Source of the DNA: a bacterium
Lineage (GTDB): Bacteria; Eisenbacteria; RBG-16-71-46
Direction: 5' to 3'
DNA: 52,974 nt
NCBI GenBank assembly: GCA_031360075.1
Contig: JANMAX010000221.1
Coordinates: 1 to 52,974, forward strand
The notes under the pieces were generated by a model, which ran no database searches, had not been told where the DNA came from, and saw nothing but the letters and a program-made list of their open reading frames with translations. The position numbers and the translations under genes are program-made. Shown piece by piece: positions 9,008-18,050 of this stretch (within the stretch, counting starts at the first letter, position 1; each line of letters starts with the position of its first letter).

Positions 9008-10099
9008 TCAGCGCGACTTGGCGCGCGTCGTCGCACCGGTGGCGGCAGCAGCCGACAGCAGCGAGACGCGCCCCGAGCCCGTGTCGACATGCAGCCGACC
9101 CGTGCCGCCACCCACCGAGCCGCGCAGCATGCCGTGGTCCTTCTCTTCGACCGTCACCGGCAGTTCGGAGCTGATGCCGCCTGAACCGGTCTCGAGGTGC
9201 AGCCGCGCGCTGAAGTCCGCCGGCACGCTCACCCGCACGCTGCCCGAACCGGTGTCGATGTCGAGATCCGGCGAGCGCGTCAGCATCGCCAGCTCGACCG
9301 AGCCCGAGCCGGTGTCGATCTTGGCACGCTTGGCATCGATGAGCGCCAGTTCGACCGAGCCTGAACCGGTGTCGACCAGCAGGTCGTCCGTGGTGATGTG
9401 GTCGCCGGCCACGCCACCCGAACCGGTGTCGATGCGCACGCTCGGGCCCTGCACGCCGCTGGCGCGGACGCTGCCCGAGCCGGTGTCGATGTCGAGCTTG
9501 CCTTCGAAGCCGGCCACCTGCACGCCGCCCGAGCCGATGTCGATGGTGAGCTCGCCGCGGCACTTACTCACCTGCACCCCACCCGAGCCGCCATCGAACA
9601 GCAGCCGGCCGTCGACGTTCTCGACCTGGCCTGCGCCCACGAGCGAATACACCGAGACCTTGTGCCCGCGCGGGACGCGCACCACGAGGTCGGCCCATGC
9701 CTCCGTGCCGGAGCCGCTGCCCTTCACGGTGATGCGCTTGCCGAACATCTGGCTCATCCCGGCGGTCTTGCCCCAGGTGCCGTCGCCCTTGATGCTCGTG
9801 CTGCTGTTGGACCAGCGGCCCATGGCCGGATAGACGATGCGGTGGTCGGGGTACAGCACACGCAGCGTCGGCCGGCCCGAGAGTGCCTGGTCGCTGACGC
9901 TGAGCTTGCCCGCATCGCGGCCGGCGAGCGTGACCTCGACCTCGACGGCATTGCCGCTCGCCGGCTCGATGCGGATGGCGCCGGCCGGATTCCAGATCGA
10001 GGTGTCGTCGCCGGTGAGCGCGTAGGTGCGGGCGTCCGCGGGCGCTGCGGGGGGCAGCACTGCCAGGGCGGCAAGTACGACGATGTGGCGGAGGTTCAT
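9008..10099 (-). CDS. secreted DUF4097-type beta-strand repeat protein (putative adhesin / Toastrack-like)
   Basis: Signal peptide: MNLRHIVVLAALAVLPPAAPADA. About 9 iterations of (I/V)DTGSGSV(R/E) spaced ~20 aa apart, typical of DUF4097. Confidence 0.8.
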   Translation of the reverse strand: MNLRHIVVLAALAVLPPAAPADARTYALTGDDTSIWNPAGAIRIEPASGNAVEVEVTLAGRDAGKLSVSDQALSGRPTLRVLYPDHRIVYPAMGRWSNSSTSIKGDGTWGKTAGMSQMFGKRITVKGSGSGTEAWADLVVRVPRGHKVSVYSLVGAGQVENVDGRLLFDGGSGGVQVSKCRGELTIDIGSGGVQVAGFEGKLDIDTGSGSVRASGVQGPSVRIDTGSGGVAGDHITTDDLLVDTGSGSVELALIDAKRAKIDTGSGSVELAMLTRSPDLDIDTGSGSVRVSVPADFSARLHLETGSGGISSELPVTVEEKDHGMLRGSVGGGTGRLHVDTGSGRVSLLSAAAATGATTRAKSR

Positions 10100-10360
10100 G
10101 GGTCACCTGTCGGGTGAGATGGCGGATAGGCAAGCTTGAGGATCGGATGCGATGGCGGATCGGGTGAGACGGACGGGGAGCGCCCGTTCCGGCGGGCGTC
10201 ATACTCGTGTAGACGGGGGAACCGCACTTCAGGTTGCACGCCGTGCCCCCGACGCGCCCTGGCGGGGACCCAGCGCGTCACGCCCGTGACAAGCCGCCGC
10301 GCTGGTGCGACCCCGCTCCGCGCATGGAGTTAGGCGCTCGCGCGAAGTGCCCCGCCGTTC

Positions 10361-10388
10361 CAACCTTTACACACGGACCGCGGTCCAA
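10361..10388 (+). promoter_or_regulatory. candidate ECF-type promoter (CAACCTT-N16-TCCAA) directly upstream of the ECF sigma gene
   Basis: Resembles the RpoE-like GGAACTT-N16-TCnAA consensus. It shares the octamer CCTTTACA and identical spacing with the site at 13248-13275. It ends only 10 nt before ATG 10398, which would imply a near-leaderless mRNA. Confidence 0.3.
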
Positions 10389-10397
10389 TCTCTCGAA

Positions 10398-10973
10398 ATG
10401 TCCGCCACCCTGACTTGGCATCCGAACTTGACCCTGGAACGCCCCGCCCTGTCCCAGAGCCTCGAGACCAGTGATGCGGTGCTGGCCGCGCGCGGTGATG
10501 CGCAGGCCTTCCGCCGCCTCTACGAGGAAAACGTGGGCCGTGTGCACGCGCTGGCGTGCCGCATGGTGGGTTACGAGCATGCCCCGGAGTTGACCCAGGA
10601 CGTATTCGTGCGGGCGTGGCAGAAACTGCACACGTTCCGCGGCGAGGCGCGCTTCTCGACCTGGCTGCACCGCCTGGCCGTCAACCTCATTCTCAGCCGC
10701 CGCACGACCTTGAGCACCGAACGGGCGCGCTTCATCGCCGATGATGACGTCCTCGACCGCTTGGAGACGCGCCCCGCAGGGCGCGAACATGCGATCGACT
10801 TCGATGGCGCCATCGCCCGGCTGCCCGGCGGGGCGCGCATGATCTTCGTCCTGCACGACATCGAAGGCTATCGCCACGAGGAGATCGCGACGATGCTCGG
10901 TGTGACCACCGGAACCACCAAGGCCCAGTTGCACCGCGCGCGCATGCTGCTGCGCGGCCACCTGAACGCCTGA
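10398..10973 (+). CDS. ECF (sigma-70 family, group 4) RNA polymerase sigma factor
   Basis: ORF 10305..10973; Met 32 is taken as the start. Region 2: FRRLYEENVGRVHALACRMVG...ELTQDVFVRAWQKL. Region 4: ARMIFVLHDIEGYRHEEIATMLGVTTGTTKAQLHRAR. Confidence 0.85.
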   Translation: MSATLTWHPNLTLERPALSQSLETSDAVLAARGDAQAFRRLYEENVGRVHALACRMVGYEHAPELTQDVFVRAWQKLHTFRGEARFSTWLHRLAVNLILSRRTTLSTERARFIADDDVLDRLETRPAGREHAIDFDGAIARLPGGARMIFVLHDIEGYRHEEIATMLGVTTGTTKAQLHRARMLLRGHLNA

Positions 10974-10985
10974 ACGGAGCACTGT

Positions 10986-11690
10986 ATGGAAGCCCATCGC
11001 GACCGCTTCACCGAACGGCTCTCGGATTATCTCGATCACGACCTCGCGCGCAGCGAGTTCGATGCGGTCGAGCTTCACCTCGAGTCGTGCGCGGACTGCC
11101 GCAGCACGCTCGCGGAGCTCGCCGCCCTGAAGACGCGCGCGGCCTCGCTCGTGGACCCGCCGGCGCCGACCGATCTCTGGGCGGGGATCGCGTCACGAAT
11201 CGGCACGGCGGGTTCCTCGAGCGCGGCTCCCGCGCGCCACGCGGTCGTGGTCGAACTGCCGCGCCGGTCGCGCACGTGGTGGCTGACGCCGAACTGGATC
11301 GCCGCGGCCGCGGTGTTCGCAGTGGTGGCGGCCGCAGGCTGGTGGGCGGCGCGCGCGCAGTTCTCGCCGGCGGTGCGTCCGGGCACGGTCGCCACCGCCG
11401 AAGCAGGTGGCCGCGGCAGCGACGCAACTTCGGCCAGCTTCGATGCCTCGCAGATCGAGAGCGAGATCGGCCAGCTCCAGCACGCGCTCGACCGCGGTCG
11501 CGGCAAGCTCGATCCCAAGACCGTGCAGGTGCTCGAGGACAACCTGCGCGTCATCCGCAAGGCCACGCAGGACGCGCGCGCGGCGCTCGAAGCCGATCCC
11601 GCGAACGTCGACCTCCAGGACTACCTCGCGGGTTCCGTCCAGAAGAAGCTCGATATGGTCCGCCGTGCCGCGGCGATGGCTGGAGTCTGA
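10986..11690 (+). CDS. anti-sigma factor (zf-HC2 type, single TM)
   Basis: Immediately downstream of the ECF sigma gene. N-terminal H-x3-C-x2-C motif: LHLESCADCRSTL. One TM segment: WWLTPNWIAAAAVFAVVAAAGWW. Helical C-terminal domain. Confidence 0.75.
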   Translation: MEAHRDRFTERLSDYLDHDLARSEFDAVELHLESCADCRSTLAELAALKTRAASLVDPPAPTDLWAGIASRIGTAGSSSAAPARHAVVVELPRRSRTWWLTPNWIAAAAVFAVVAAAGWWAARAQFSPAVRPGTVATAEAGGRGSDATSASFDASQIESEIGQLQHALDRGRGKLDPKTVQVLEDNLRVIRKATQDARAALEADPANVDLQDYLAGSVQKKLDMVRRAAAMAGV

Positions 11691-11738
11691 GTGATGCGCA
11701 CTCCCATTGACGCTGCGCTTGATGCTGCGCTCGAGGCC

Positions 11739-13091
11739 ATGAAGCGCCATCTGCTCCTGCTGACGCTCGCCGTGCTGGCCGCGGCGCCGGCATGGGCAGG
11801 GGGCGGCGACGGGAACCGCGCGCGTGAGGGGGCGCGTGCGGCGCGCGACATGGCGCGCGCTCTGGAACGCCAGGTGCTGGTGCTGCGTTGCGAGCAGGCA
11901 CGAGCCGCGGGCGAACTGCCGCCGGGCACGGTCCTGAGCCGGAGTTCGCTGATGTTCCTGGATGGCCCCGAGGTCTCGCTCGAGGCGCTCGAGTGGGCCG
12001 AAGCCGCCGGGGCGCGGGCGGTTCGCCGGCCGACGTCCACCGACACGGTGGTGCGCGTCGGTCCGGGCGTGACGCTCATGTTGTCCAACCTGTCGGGCGA
12101 CATCGAAGTGATGCCGTGGAACCGCAACGAAGTGCGTATCGAGGCCCGGCACGACCGCTCCGACCGGATCGTCACCGAACTGCAGGACGGCGTGCTCAAA
12201 CTGGGCGTCAGCTCGCGCGAGCCGTCGCCGTCCGTGGTCGAGTGGCGGCTCACGGTTCCGGTGTGGTTGCCGCTCGAGTTGTCGGGCATCGAGAGCGAGA
12301 TCTCCGTGACCGGCATGCGGTCCTCGGTGCGCGCCCAGACCATGCGCGGCGACGTGCTCATCACCTCGTGCCAGGGCCCGCTGCAGGTCAACTCGGTCGA
12401 GGGTGAGGTGCACGTCTCCGATGTCAGCGGCAACGTGAATGCCGGCTCGGTCAACAACGTCGTGCGCATCGTGCGTGTCATCGGGCCGGTCGAGGCCCAG
12501 ACGATCAATGGCGACATCCAGCTCGAGAAGCTGGCGTCCCCGAGCGTTGACGCCAGTACGGTCAATGGCCGCGTCTACTTTGCCTCGCCGTTCCAGCAGC
12601 GCGGTCGCTACGCATTCGCCTCGCACAGCGGGCAGGTCTACATCGGCGTGCCGGTTGACCAGCACGTCAACGTCACGATGTCGTCGTTCAACGGCCAGGT
12701 CGAATCGAGCCTGCCCATGCCGGCGCCAAGGCCCAGGGTCAAGGGACGTGCCGTGCGCTTCATGCTCGGGGATCTGGCCGAGCTGCGGGGCGTTCCGGGC
12801 ACACCGCAGGCACCGCGTGCGCCGCGGGCACCGCGCTTCGGCCGTGGTCCAAGTGCCTCCGAAGCGCCAGGCGTGCCGGAACTCGAGCTCGAATCGTTCG
12901 GCGGGCTGATCCAGCTCGCCTCACAGGAAGAGGTCCTGCGCGCGATCGATCGCCAGCGGGCGGTGCTCGACAGCGCTCGCGCCACGCTGCTGCGTGCCCG
13001 GCGCGACGAGACGCGTGCGCACCGCGGGGTGCGCACGGCCCCGGCGCCCGCACGGGCTCCGGAAGCCCCGACCGGGCCGACCCCGCACTGA
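11739..13091 (+). CDS. secreted DUF4097-like beta-strand repeat protein, third gene of the ECF module
   Basis: ORF 11691..13091. The Met at 11739 gives a classical signal peptide, MKRHLLLLTLAVLAAAPAWA (alternative starts 11691/11694). Repeated short strand units: LSGDIEVMP, ISVTGMRSSV, GDVLITS, GEVHVSDVSGNVNAGSV, NGDIQLE, NGRVYFA, SGQVYIGVP. Pro/Arg-rich C-terminal tail. Confidence 0.7.
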   Translation: MKRHLLLLTLAVLAAAPAWAGGGDGNRAREGARAARDMARALERQVLVLRCEQARAAGELPPGTVLSRSSLMFLDGPEVSLEALEWAEAAGARAVRRPTSTDTVVRVGPGVTLMLSNLSGDIEVMPWNRNEVRIEARHDRSDRIVTELQDGVLKLGVSSREPSPSVVEWRLTVPVWLPLELSGIESEISVTGMRSSVRAQTMRGDVLITSCQGPLQVNSVEGEVHVSDVSGNVNAGSVNNVVRIVRVIGPVEAQTINGDIQLEKLASPSVDASTVNGRVYFASPFQQRGRYAFASHSGQVYIGVPVDQHVNVTMSSFNGQVESSLPMPAPRPRVKGRAVRFMLGDLAELRGVPGTPQAPRAPRAPRFGRGPSASEAPGVPELELESFGGLIQLASQEEVLRAIDRQRAVLDSARATLLRARRDETRAHRGVRTAPAPARAPEAPTGPTPH

Positions 13092-13247
13092 CGTTCCGGC
13101 GGGAAGTCCGCACGCGGCGCCGCGAGTGTCCGGTTCTGGGACGCGCGGTCCCACGGGCGAACAGGCCGGGCGCTCACACGCCGCGGGTGTGACGAGCCAA
13201 GGTGTTGTCGTGGTGGCCATTGCCGGCCGCGCCACGCTGGCCCGCTT

Positions 13248-13275
13248 CTTCCTTTACAGCACGGTGGTCTTCCGA
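13248..13275 (+). promoter_or_regulatory. candidate ECF-type promoter (CTTCCTT-N16-TCCGA) upstream of the efflux operon
   Basis: Same CCTTTACA octamer and same N16 spacing to TCC(A/G)A as the site at 10361-10388. It lies ~75 nt upstream of ATG 13351. Confidence 0.3.
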
Positions 13276-13350
13276 CCAGCACGGGACCCGCTCGCGACCG
13301 GCAGTTCGCGAGCAGGCTCGTGCTTCCCCGAACCACCAGGCTCGCCCGTC

Positions 13351-14592
13351 ATGGATATTCCTCGCCAGAAACCCAAGTCCCGGCGCACTCCGATCCTGAT
13401 CGCCATCGGTGTCCTGGTGGTGGCGGGCACGGTCGGGTTGTCGCGGCTGCGGCCCGCCGCGCCCAACGTCGAGCGCGGGACGCTTTGGATCGACACGGTC
13501 AAGCGTGGCGAGATGCTCCGTCAGGTGCGCGGCAACGGCACGCTGGTGCCCGAGGACCTGCGCGTGGTCTCGGCCCTCACGGCCGGCCGCATCGATCGCG
13601 TCATCGTACGCCCGGGTGCCAAGGTGGAGATCGGCACGGTTCTGCTCGAGATGAGCAACCCGGACGTCCAGTTGCAGGCGCTCGATGCCGAGCGCCAGGT
13701 CAAGCTGGCCGAGGCCGATCTGGCCGCACTGCGCTCGTCGCTCGAGTCCCAGCGGCTCGCCGCATTCTCGGCCGTGGCGACGTCCAAGCGCGCGGCCAAC
13801 GAGGCCGAGCGCTCGCTCAAGGTCGCCGAGCGCCTCGCGAGCGAAGGTCTCACATCGAGCATGGACATCGATCGGGCCCGCGACAATCTCGATGCGGCGC
13901 GCGACCAGTACGACAGCGAGCAGCAGCGGCTGGTGCTCATGACGGAGTCGCTGCGCGCGCAGTTGTCGCTGCGCCAGTCCGAAGTCGAACGGCTGCGCGC
14001 CATCTCGCGCTTCCAGGGCGACCGGGTCGCGTCGATGACCGTGCGCGCGGGGCAGAAGGGCGTGCTGCAGTCGCTGTCATTGCAGCCGGGCCAGTGGGTC
14101 AATCCGGGGCAGGAACTGGCGCGCGTCGCCGGTCAGGACCACCTGAAGGCCGTCGTGCACATCCCCGAGACGCAGGCGCGCGACCTGGCACTGGGGCTCG
14201 CCGCCGAGGTCGATACGCGCAACGGCATCGTCAAGGGCCACGTCTCGCGCGTCGACCCGGGGGCGCAGAACGGCACGGTCTCGGTGGACATCGCGCTGGA
14301 CGGCGCGTTGCCGCGTGGCGCGCGGCCCGATCTGTCGGTGGATGCCACCATCGAGATCGAGCGGCTCGCGGACGTCATCTACGTCGGCCGTCCGGCGGAC
14401 GGTTCGAGCGAGACCACCGTCGGCCTGTTCGTGCTCGAAGCCGACGGCCGCCACGCCCGCCGCATCCCAGTCGAACTCGGACGCGGCTCGGCCAACTCGA
14501 TCGAAGTGCGCAACGGGCTGAAACCCGGAGACCAGGTCATCTTGTCCGAGATGACGCGCTGGGACTCCGTCGATCGCGTGAAGCTCAATTAG
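13351..14592 (+). CDS. HlyD/MacA-family periplasmic adaptor (membrane fusion protein)
   Basis: ORF 12994..14592; Met 120 (MDIPRQKPKSRRTPILIAIGVLVVAG) gives an N-terminal membrane anchor. Contains a lipoyl-like beta region, a long coiled-coil hairpin (QLQALDAERQVKLAEADLAALRSSLE...) and a beta-barrel C-terminus. Confidence 0.85.
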   Translation: MDIPRQKPKSRRTPILIAIGVLVVAGTVGLSRLRPAAPNVERGTLWIDTVKRGEMLRQVRGNGTLVPEDLRVVSALTAGRIDRVIVRPGAKVEIGTVLLEMSNPDVQLQALDAERQVKLAEADLAALRSSLESQRLAAFSAVATSKRAANEAERSLKVAERLASEGLTSSMDIDRARDNLDAARDQYDSEQQRLVLMTESLRAQLSLRQSEVERLRAISRFQGDRVASMTVRAGQKGVLQSLSLQPGQWVNPGQELARVAGQDHLKAVVHIPETQARDLALGLAAEVDTRNGIVKGHVSRVDPGAQNGTVSVDIALDGALPRGARPDLSVDATIEIERLADVIYVGRPADGSSETTVGLFVLEADGRHARRIPVELGRGSANSIEVRNGLKPGDQVILSEMTRWDSVDRVKLN

Positions 14593-14620
14593 TCGACCCC
14601 GACTGCCCCAAGGAGGAAGC

Positions 14621-15364
14621 ATGACCGTGACGACGAATGACAGCGTGGCCCCGAAGGGCGCGAGTCAGGACGAGGCTGGACGCGCCCTGCTGCGGCTGGA
14701 CGACGTGAAGAAGGTGTTCTACACGGACGAAGTCGAGACGCATGCGCTCTCGGGTGTGCATATGGAGATCAAGCGCGGTGAGTACGTCTCGATCTCGGGC
14801 CCCTCGGGCTGCGGCAAGTCGACGCTGTTGTCGATCCTCGGGCTGCTCGACACGCCCACCGACGGCCAGTACTGGCTCGATGGCAAGCCGGTGCAGAGCC
14901 TGGGCTTCACCGAACGCGCGCGCATCCGCAACCGCGAGATCGGCTTCATCTTCCAGAGCTTCAACCTGATCGGCGACCTGTCGGTGTTCGAGAACGTCGA
15001 GCTGCCGCTCACCTACCGCGGCATGCCGGCCGCCGAGCGCAAGCGCCGCGTCGGCGAGGCGCTCGAGCGCGTCAGCATGGCGCACCGCTCGAAGCACCTG
15101 CCGAGCCAGCTGTCAGGCGGCCAGCAGCAGCGCGTCGCGGTGGCGCGTGCGCTCGCCGGCGACCCTCTGATCCTGCTCGCCGACGAGCCCACGGGCAACC
15201 TGGACTCGACGAACGGTGAAGCCGTGATGGACCTGCTGCGCGACCTGCACCAGCAGGGCAGCACCATCTGCATGGTGACGCACGACAACCGCTTCTCGCG
15301 CTATGCACAGCGCAACATCCACCTGTTCGACGGCCGTGTGGTCGACGACCAGCGCGGCCACTGA
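14621..15364 (+). CDS. ABC transporter ATP-binding protein (MacB/LolD type)
   Basis: Walker A: [10 protein letters not shown]-loop present. Signature: [15 protein letters not shown]. Walker B: [12 protein letters not shown]-loop: VTHD. Confidence 0.9.
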   Translation: MTVTTNDSVAPKGASQDEAGRALLRLDDVKKVFYTDEVETHALSGVHMEIKRGEYVSISGPSGCGKSTLLSILGLLDTPTDGQYWLDGKPVQSLGFTERARIRNREIGFIFQSFNLIGDLSVFENVELPLTYRGMPAAERKRRVGEALERVSMAHRSKHLPSQLSGGQQQRVAVARALAGDPLILLADEPTGNLDSTNGEAVMDLLRDLHQQGSTICMVTHDNRFSRYAQRNIHLFDGRVVDDQRGH

Positions 15365-15371
15365 GATTCGC

Positions 15372-15568
15372 ATGGACAGCATGCTGCAGGAACTGCGCTG
15401 CGCGCTCGCGGCTGTATGGCTCATCGGCAAACGCCGGAGCTTCGGACCCGGCGACCCGCCCACGTTCGTGGGCGTCATCCCGATCCTCGCACTGAGTTCC
15501 GCGGCGGCCGCCTGGCTGCCCACGGCGCGGTGCGAGTGGACCCCGTCGTGGCGCTGCGCCATGAGTAA
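15372..15568 (+). pseudogene. internally deleted, frameshifted remnant of an ADOP/FtsX-type permease paralogue
   Basis: The N-terminal MDSMLQELRCAL resembles MDILLQDLRYAF of the next gene. This is followed directly by DPPTFVGVIPILALSSAAAAWLPTAR. After a 1-nt frame change it reads RVDPVVALRHE-stop (TAA 15566-15568). Together these mirror the C-terminus of the next gene: DPPTWIGVVLILTFSSVLAAWVPAYRATRVDPMRALRCD. Confidence 0.6.
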
Positions 15569-15580
15569 CCGGAGGGCGTG

Positions 15581-18004
15581 ATGGACATCCTGCTCCAGGA
15601 CTTGCGGTACGCGTTCCGCTCGCTGGGCCGCACCCCTGGCTTCACGGCCGTGGTGGTGGCCGTGCTGGCGCTCGGCATCGGCGTCAACACGATGATCTTC
15701 AGCATGGTCTACGGGACGCTGTTGCGGCCGTGGCCGTTGCCGCGCTTCGAGCGCGTCATGACGGTGCTCGAGGCGAACCAGGAGCAGGACGAGAAGGGCG
15801 CCTCGGTGTCGTGGCTCAACTACCAGGACCTGCGCGACCACACGAAGTCGTTCTCGGCGGTGGGTGGTTTTTGGGACGGACAGGGCCAGGTGACCATCGG
15901 CAGCGAGCCCGAGCAGATGCAATACGCGAACATTTCCGCGGGGTTGTTGCCGGCGATCGGCATCCAGCCCCAGATCGGACGCACGTTCACGAGCGAGGAA
16001 GAAGTCTACGGACAGAACTGGGCGAACGTGCTCATCAGCGATGCGGTCTGGAAGCGGCGCTTCGGTGGCACGCCGGATGTGCTCGGCAAGACACTGCGGC
16101 TGAACGGCCGTGTGCGCACCATCGTCGGCGTGCTGCCAGCCGGTGTCCGCTGGCCCGAGATCGCCGACTTCTGGATCCCGACCGCGATGTCGGCCGAGGA
16201 CATGGCCCGCCGCGCGGACCACAACATGCAGATCGTGGCCCGGCTCAAGGACGGCGTGACGCCGCAACAGGCGAACGCTGAAGTCGCGGCCCTGTACATG
16301 CGGATCCGCCAGCAGAACCCAGCAGACATGAAGGGCTGGACCGGGCGCGTCATCCCCTATACCGAGCAGTCGCGCCGCGGCATCGTCCCGATGATGATCA
16401 TCATGTCGATCGCGGTCGGGCTCGTGCTGCTGATCGCCTGCGCCAACGTCGCCAACCTGATGCTGGCCCGTGCGGCCGCGCGTAAACGCGAGATGAGCGT
16501 CCGGCTGGCACTGGGCGCGTCGCGCGGCCGCGTGGTGCGCCAGCTGCTCACCGAAAGCGTGCTGTTGTCGCTGGTCGGGGCCGGCATCGGCGCCGTGCTC
16601 GCCACGGTCGGCAACCGGCTATGGATGAGCATCGTCCCGCAGGAACTGCCGTTCTGGCTCAAGTTCCAGATCGACCTGCCGGTGCTGCTGTTCACCACCG
16701 CGCTCGCGACCGCATCGGCGGTCGTCTTCGGCTTGCTGCCCGCCATGCAGGCGTCCGACACGCGACTGTCCGAGGCGATCCGCGAGGGCAGTGCGCAGAG
16801 CGGCATGGGCCGGGATCGCGGCCGGGCACGCAGCGCGCTCGTGGTGGCCGAGGTGGCGTTGTCATTGGCGCTGCTGGTGGCCTCCGGGCTCATGGTGCGC
16901 AGCTTGTTCGCGATGCTGGGCAGTGAGCGGCTCGTCCAGTCGGACGGCGTTTACACCGCGCGCTTCCTGTTGCCGATCGCGACCTGGCCGAGTGATTCCG
17001 CGCGGCGTGAGTTCTGCGACCGCGTCGTGCCGCTGGCGCGCCAGCTGCCGGGAGTGCAGTCCGCCTCGATCGTCAGCTTGCTGCCGCTCAACCGCAACAG
17101 CAGCCGCCGCCAGCTCTACACCGAGCATGGCGCGCGCAACGACAAGGCGCGCGGCCTGCACAGCAACTTCACCGAGTGCTACCCGGACTACTTCAAGACG
17201 CTCGGCATCCGGTTGGAGCGAGGCCGCGATTTCACCGAAGCCGACGGCCCCGGGGCTCCTGCCGTGGCCGTCGTGAACGAATCGCTCGCCCGAGCATTGT
17301 GGCCCAAGCAGGACGCCATCGGCCAGCGTTTCGACTCGGTCGACGACGGGCGGAAGCTCGGCTGGCGCACGGTGGTCGGCGTCGTCGCGGACGTTCCGCA
17401 GAACCTCGAGGACAACGACCGCGTCATGGCGGCCGTGTTCGTGCCGCATCGTCAAGAGCCCGACCAGGTCATGACCTGGGTCGTCAGGGTGAGTGGCGAT
17501 CCCGCCGCGTTCGCGGGCGTCATGCGCCGGTTCATGAGCACGCAGACCGCCGATGTGCCGCTCTCCGAGGTGCGCTCGATGCACGACGCCGTGCAGTTCT
17601 CGGTCTGGTCCCACCGGTTGTTCGGTTCACTCATGGCCGTGTTCGCGGTGCTGGCGCTCGTCATCGCCGCGGTCGGACTGTACGGTGTCATGGCGTACTC
17701 GGTCGCACAGCGCACACAGGAGATCGGCATCCGCATGGCGCTGGGCGCGCAATCGCGCGACGTCGTGAACCTGGTCGTGGGCCAGGCACTGCGGCTCATG
17801 CTGTTCGGCGCCGGTATCGGCTTTGCGGCCGCGTATGGCCTGACGCGGCTGCTCGCGAATCAGCTGTTCGGCATCTCGGCCATGGACCCGCCGACCTGGA
17901 TCGGCGTCGTGCTCATCCTGACGTTCTCGTCGGTGCTCGCCGCCTGGGTGCCGGCCTACCGTGCGACGCGCGTCGACCCGATGCGCGCGCTGCGCTGCGA
18001 CTGA
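15581..18004 (+). CDS. ADOP-family duplicated FtsX/MacB-type ABC permease (about 807 aa)
   Basis: ATG follows GGAGGG. The N-terminal MDILLQDLRYAFRSLGRTPGF and C-terminal RATRVDPMRALRCD are characteristic. There are two MacB-PCD + 4-TM FtsX halves. Confidence 0.85.
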   Translation: MDILLQDLRYAFRSLGRTPGFTAVVVAVLALGIGVNTMIFSMVYGTLLRPWPLPRFERVMTVLEANQEQDEKGASVSWLNYQDLRDHTKSFSAVGGFWDGQGQVTIGSEPEQMQYANISAGLLPAIGIQPQIGRTFTSEEEVYGQNWANVLISDAVWKRRFGGTPDVLGKTLRLNGRVRTIVGVLPAGVRWPEIADFWIPTAMSAEDMARRADHNMQIVARLKDGVTPQQANAEVAALYMRIRQQNPADMKGWTGRVIPYTEQSRRGIVPMMIIMSIAVGLVLLIACANVANLMLARAAARKREMSVRLALGASRGRVVRQLLTESVLLSLVGAGIGAVLATVGNRLWMSIVPQELPFWLKFQIDLPVLLFTTALATASAVVFGLLPAMQASDTRLSEAIREGSAQSGMGRDRGRARSALVVAEVALSLALLVASGLMVRSLFAMLGSERLVQSDGVYTARFLLPIATWPSDSARREFCDRVVPLARQLPGVQSASIVSLLPLNRNSSRRQLYTEHGARNDKARGLHSNFTECYPDYFKTLGIRLERGRDFTEADGPGAPAVAVVNESLARALWPKQDAIGQRFDSVDDGRKLGWRTVVGVVADVPQNLEDNDRVMAAVFVPHRQEPDQVMTWVVRVSGDPAAFAGVMRRFMSTQTADVPLSEVRSMHDAVQFSVWSHRLFGSLMAVFAVLALVIAAVGLYGVMAYSVAQRTQEIGIRMALGAQSRDVVNLVVGQALRLMLFGAGIGFAAAYGLTRLLANQLFGISAMDPPTWIGVVLILTFSSVLAAWVPAYRATRVDPMRALRCD

Positions 18005-18050
18005 TCGTCATGCAGGCCTGCCCGTCACCCCGCTTCCCCGTATTCACTCG

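Noticed and set aside
10209-10236. A third ECF-like motif on the minus strand (CAACCTG-N16-TCTAC) upstream of the DUF4097 gene. A GGAAC-N16-CGCCGT motif lies on the + strand at the same place.
   Set aside because: It lacks the shared CCTTTACA octamer. Two overlapping alternative readings on opposite strands make either one unreliable without transcription-start data.
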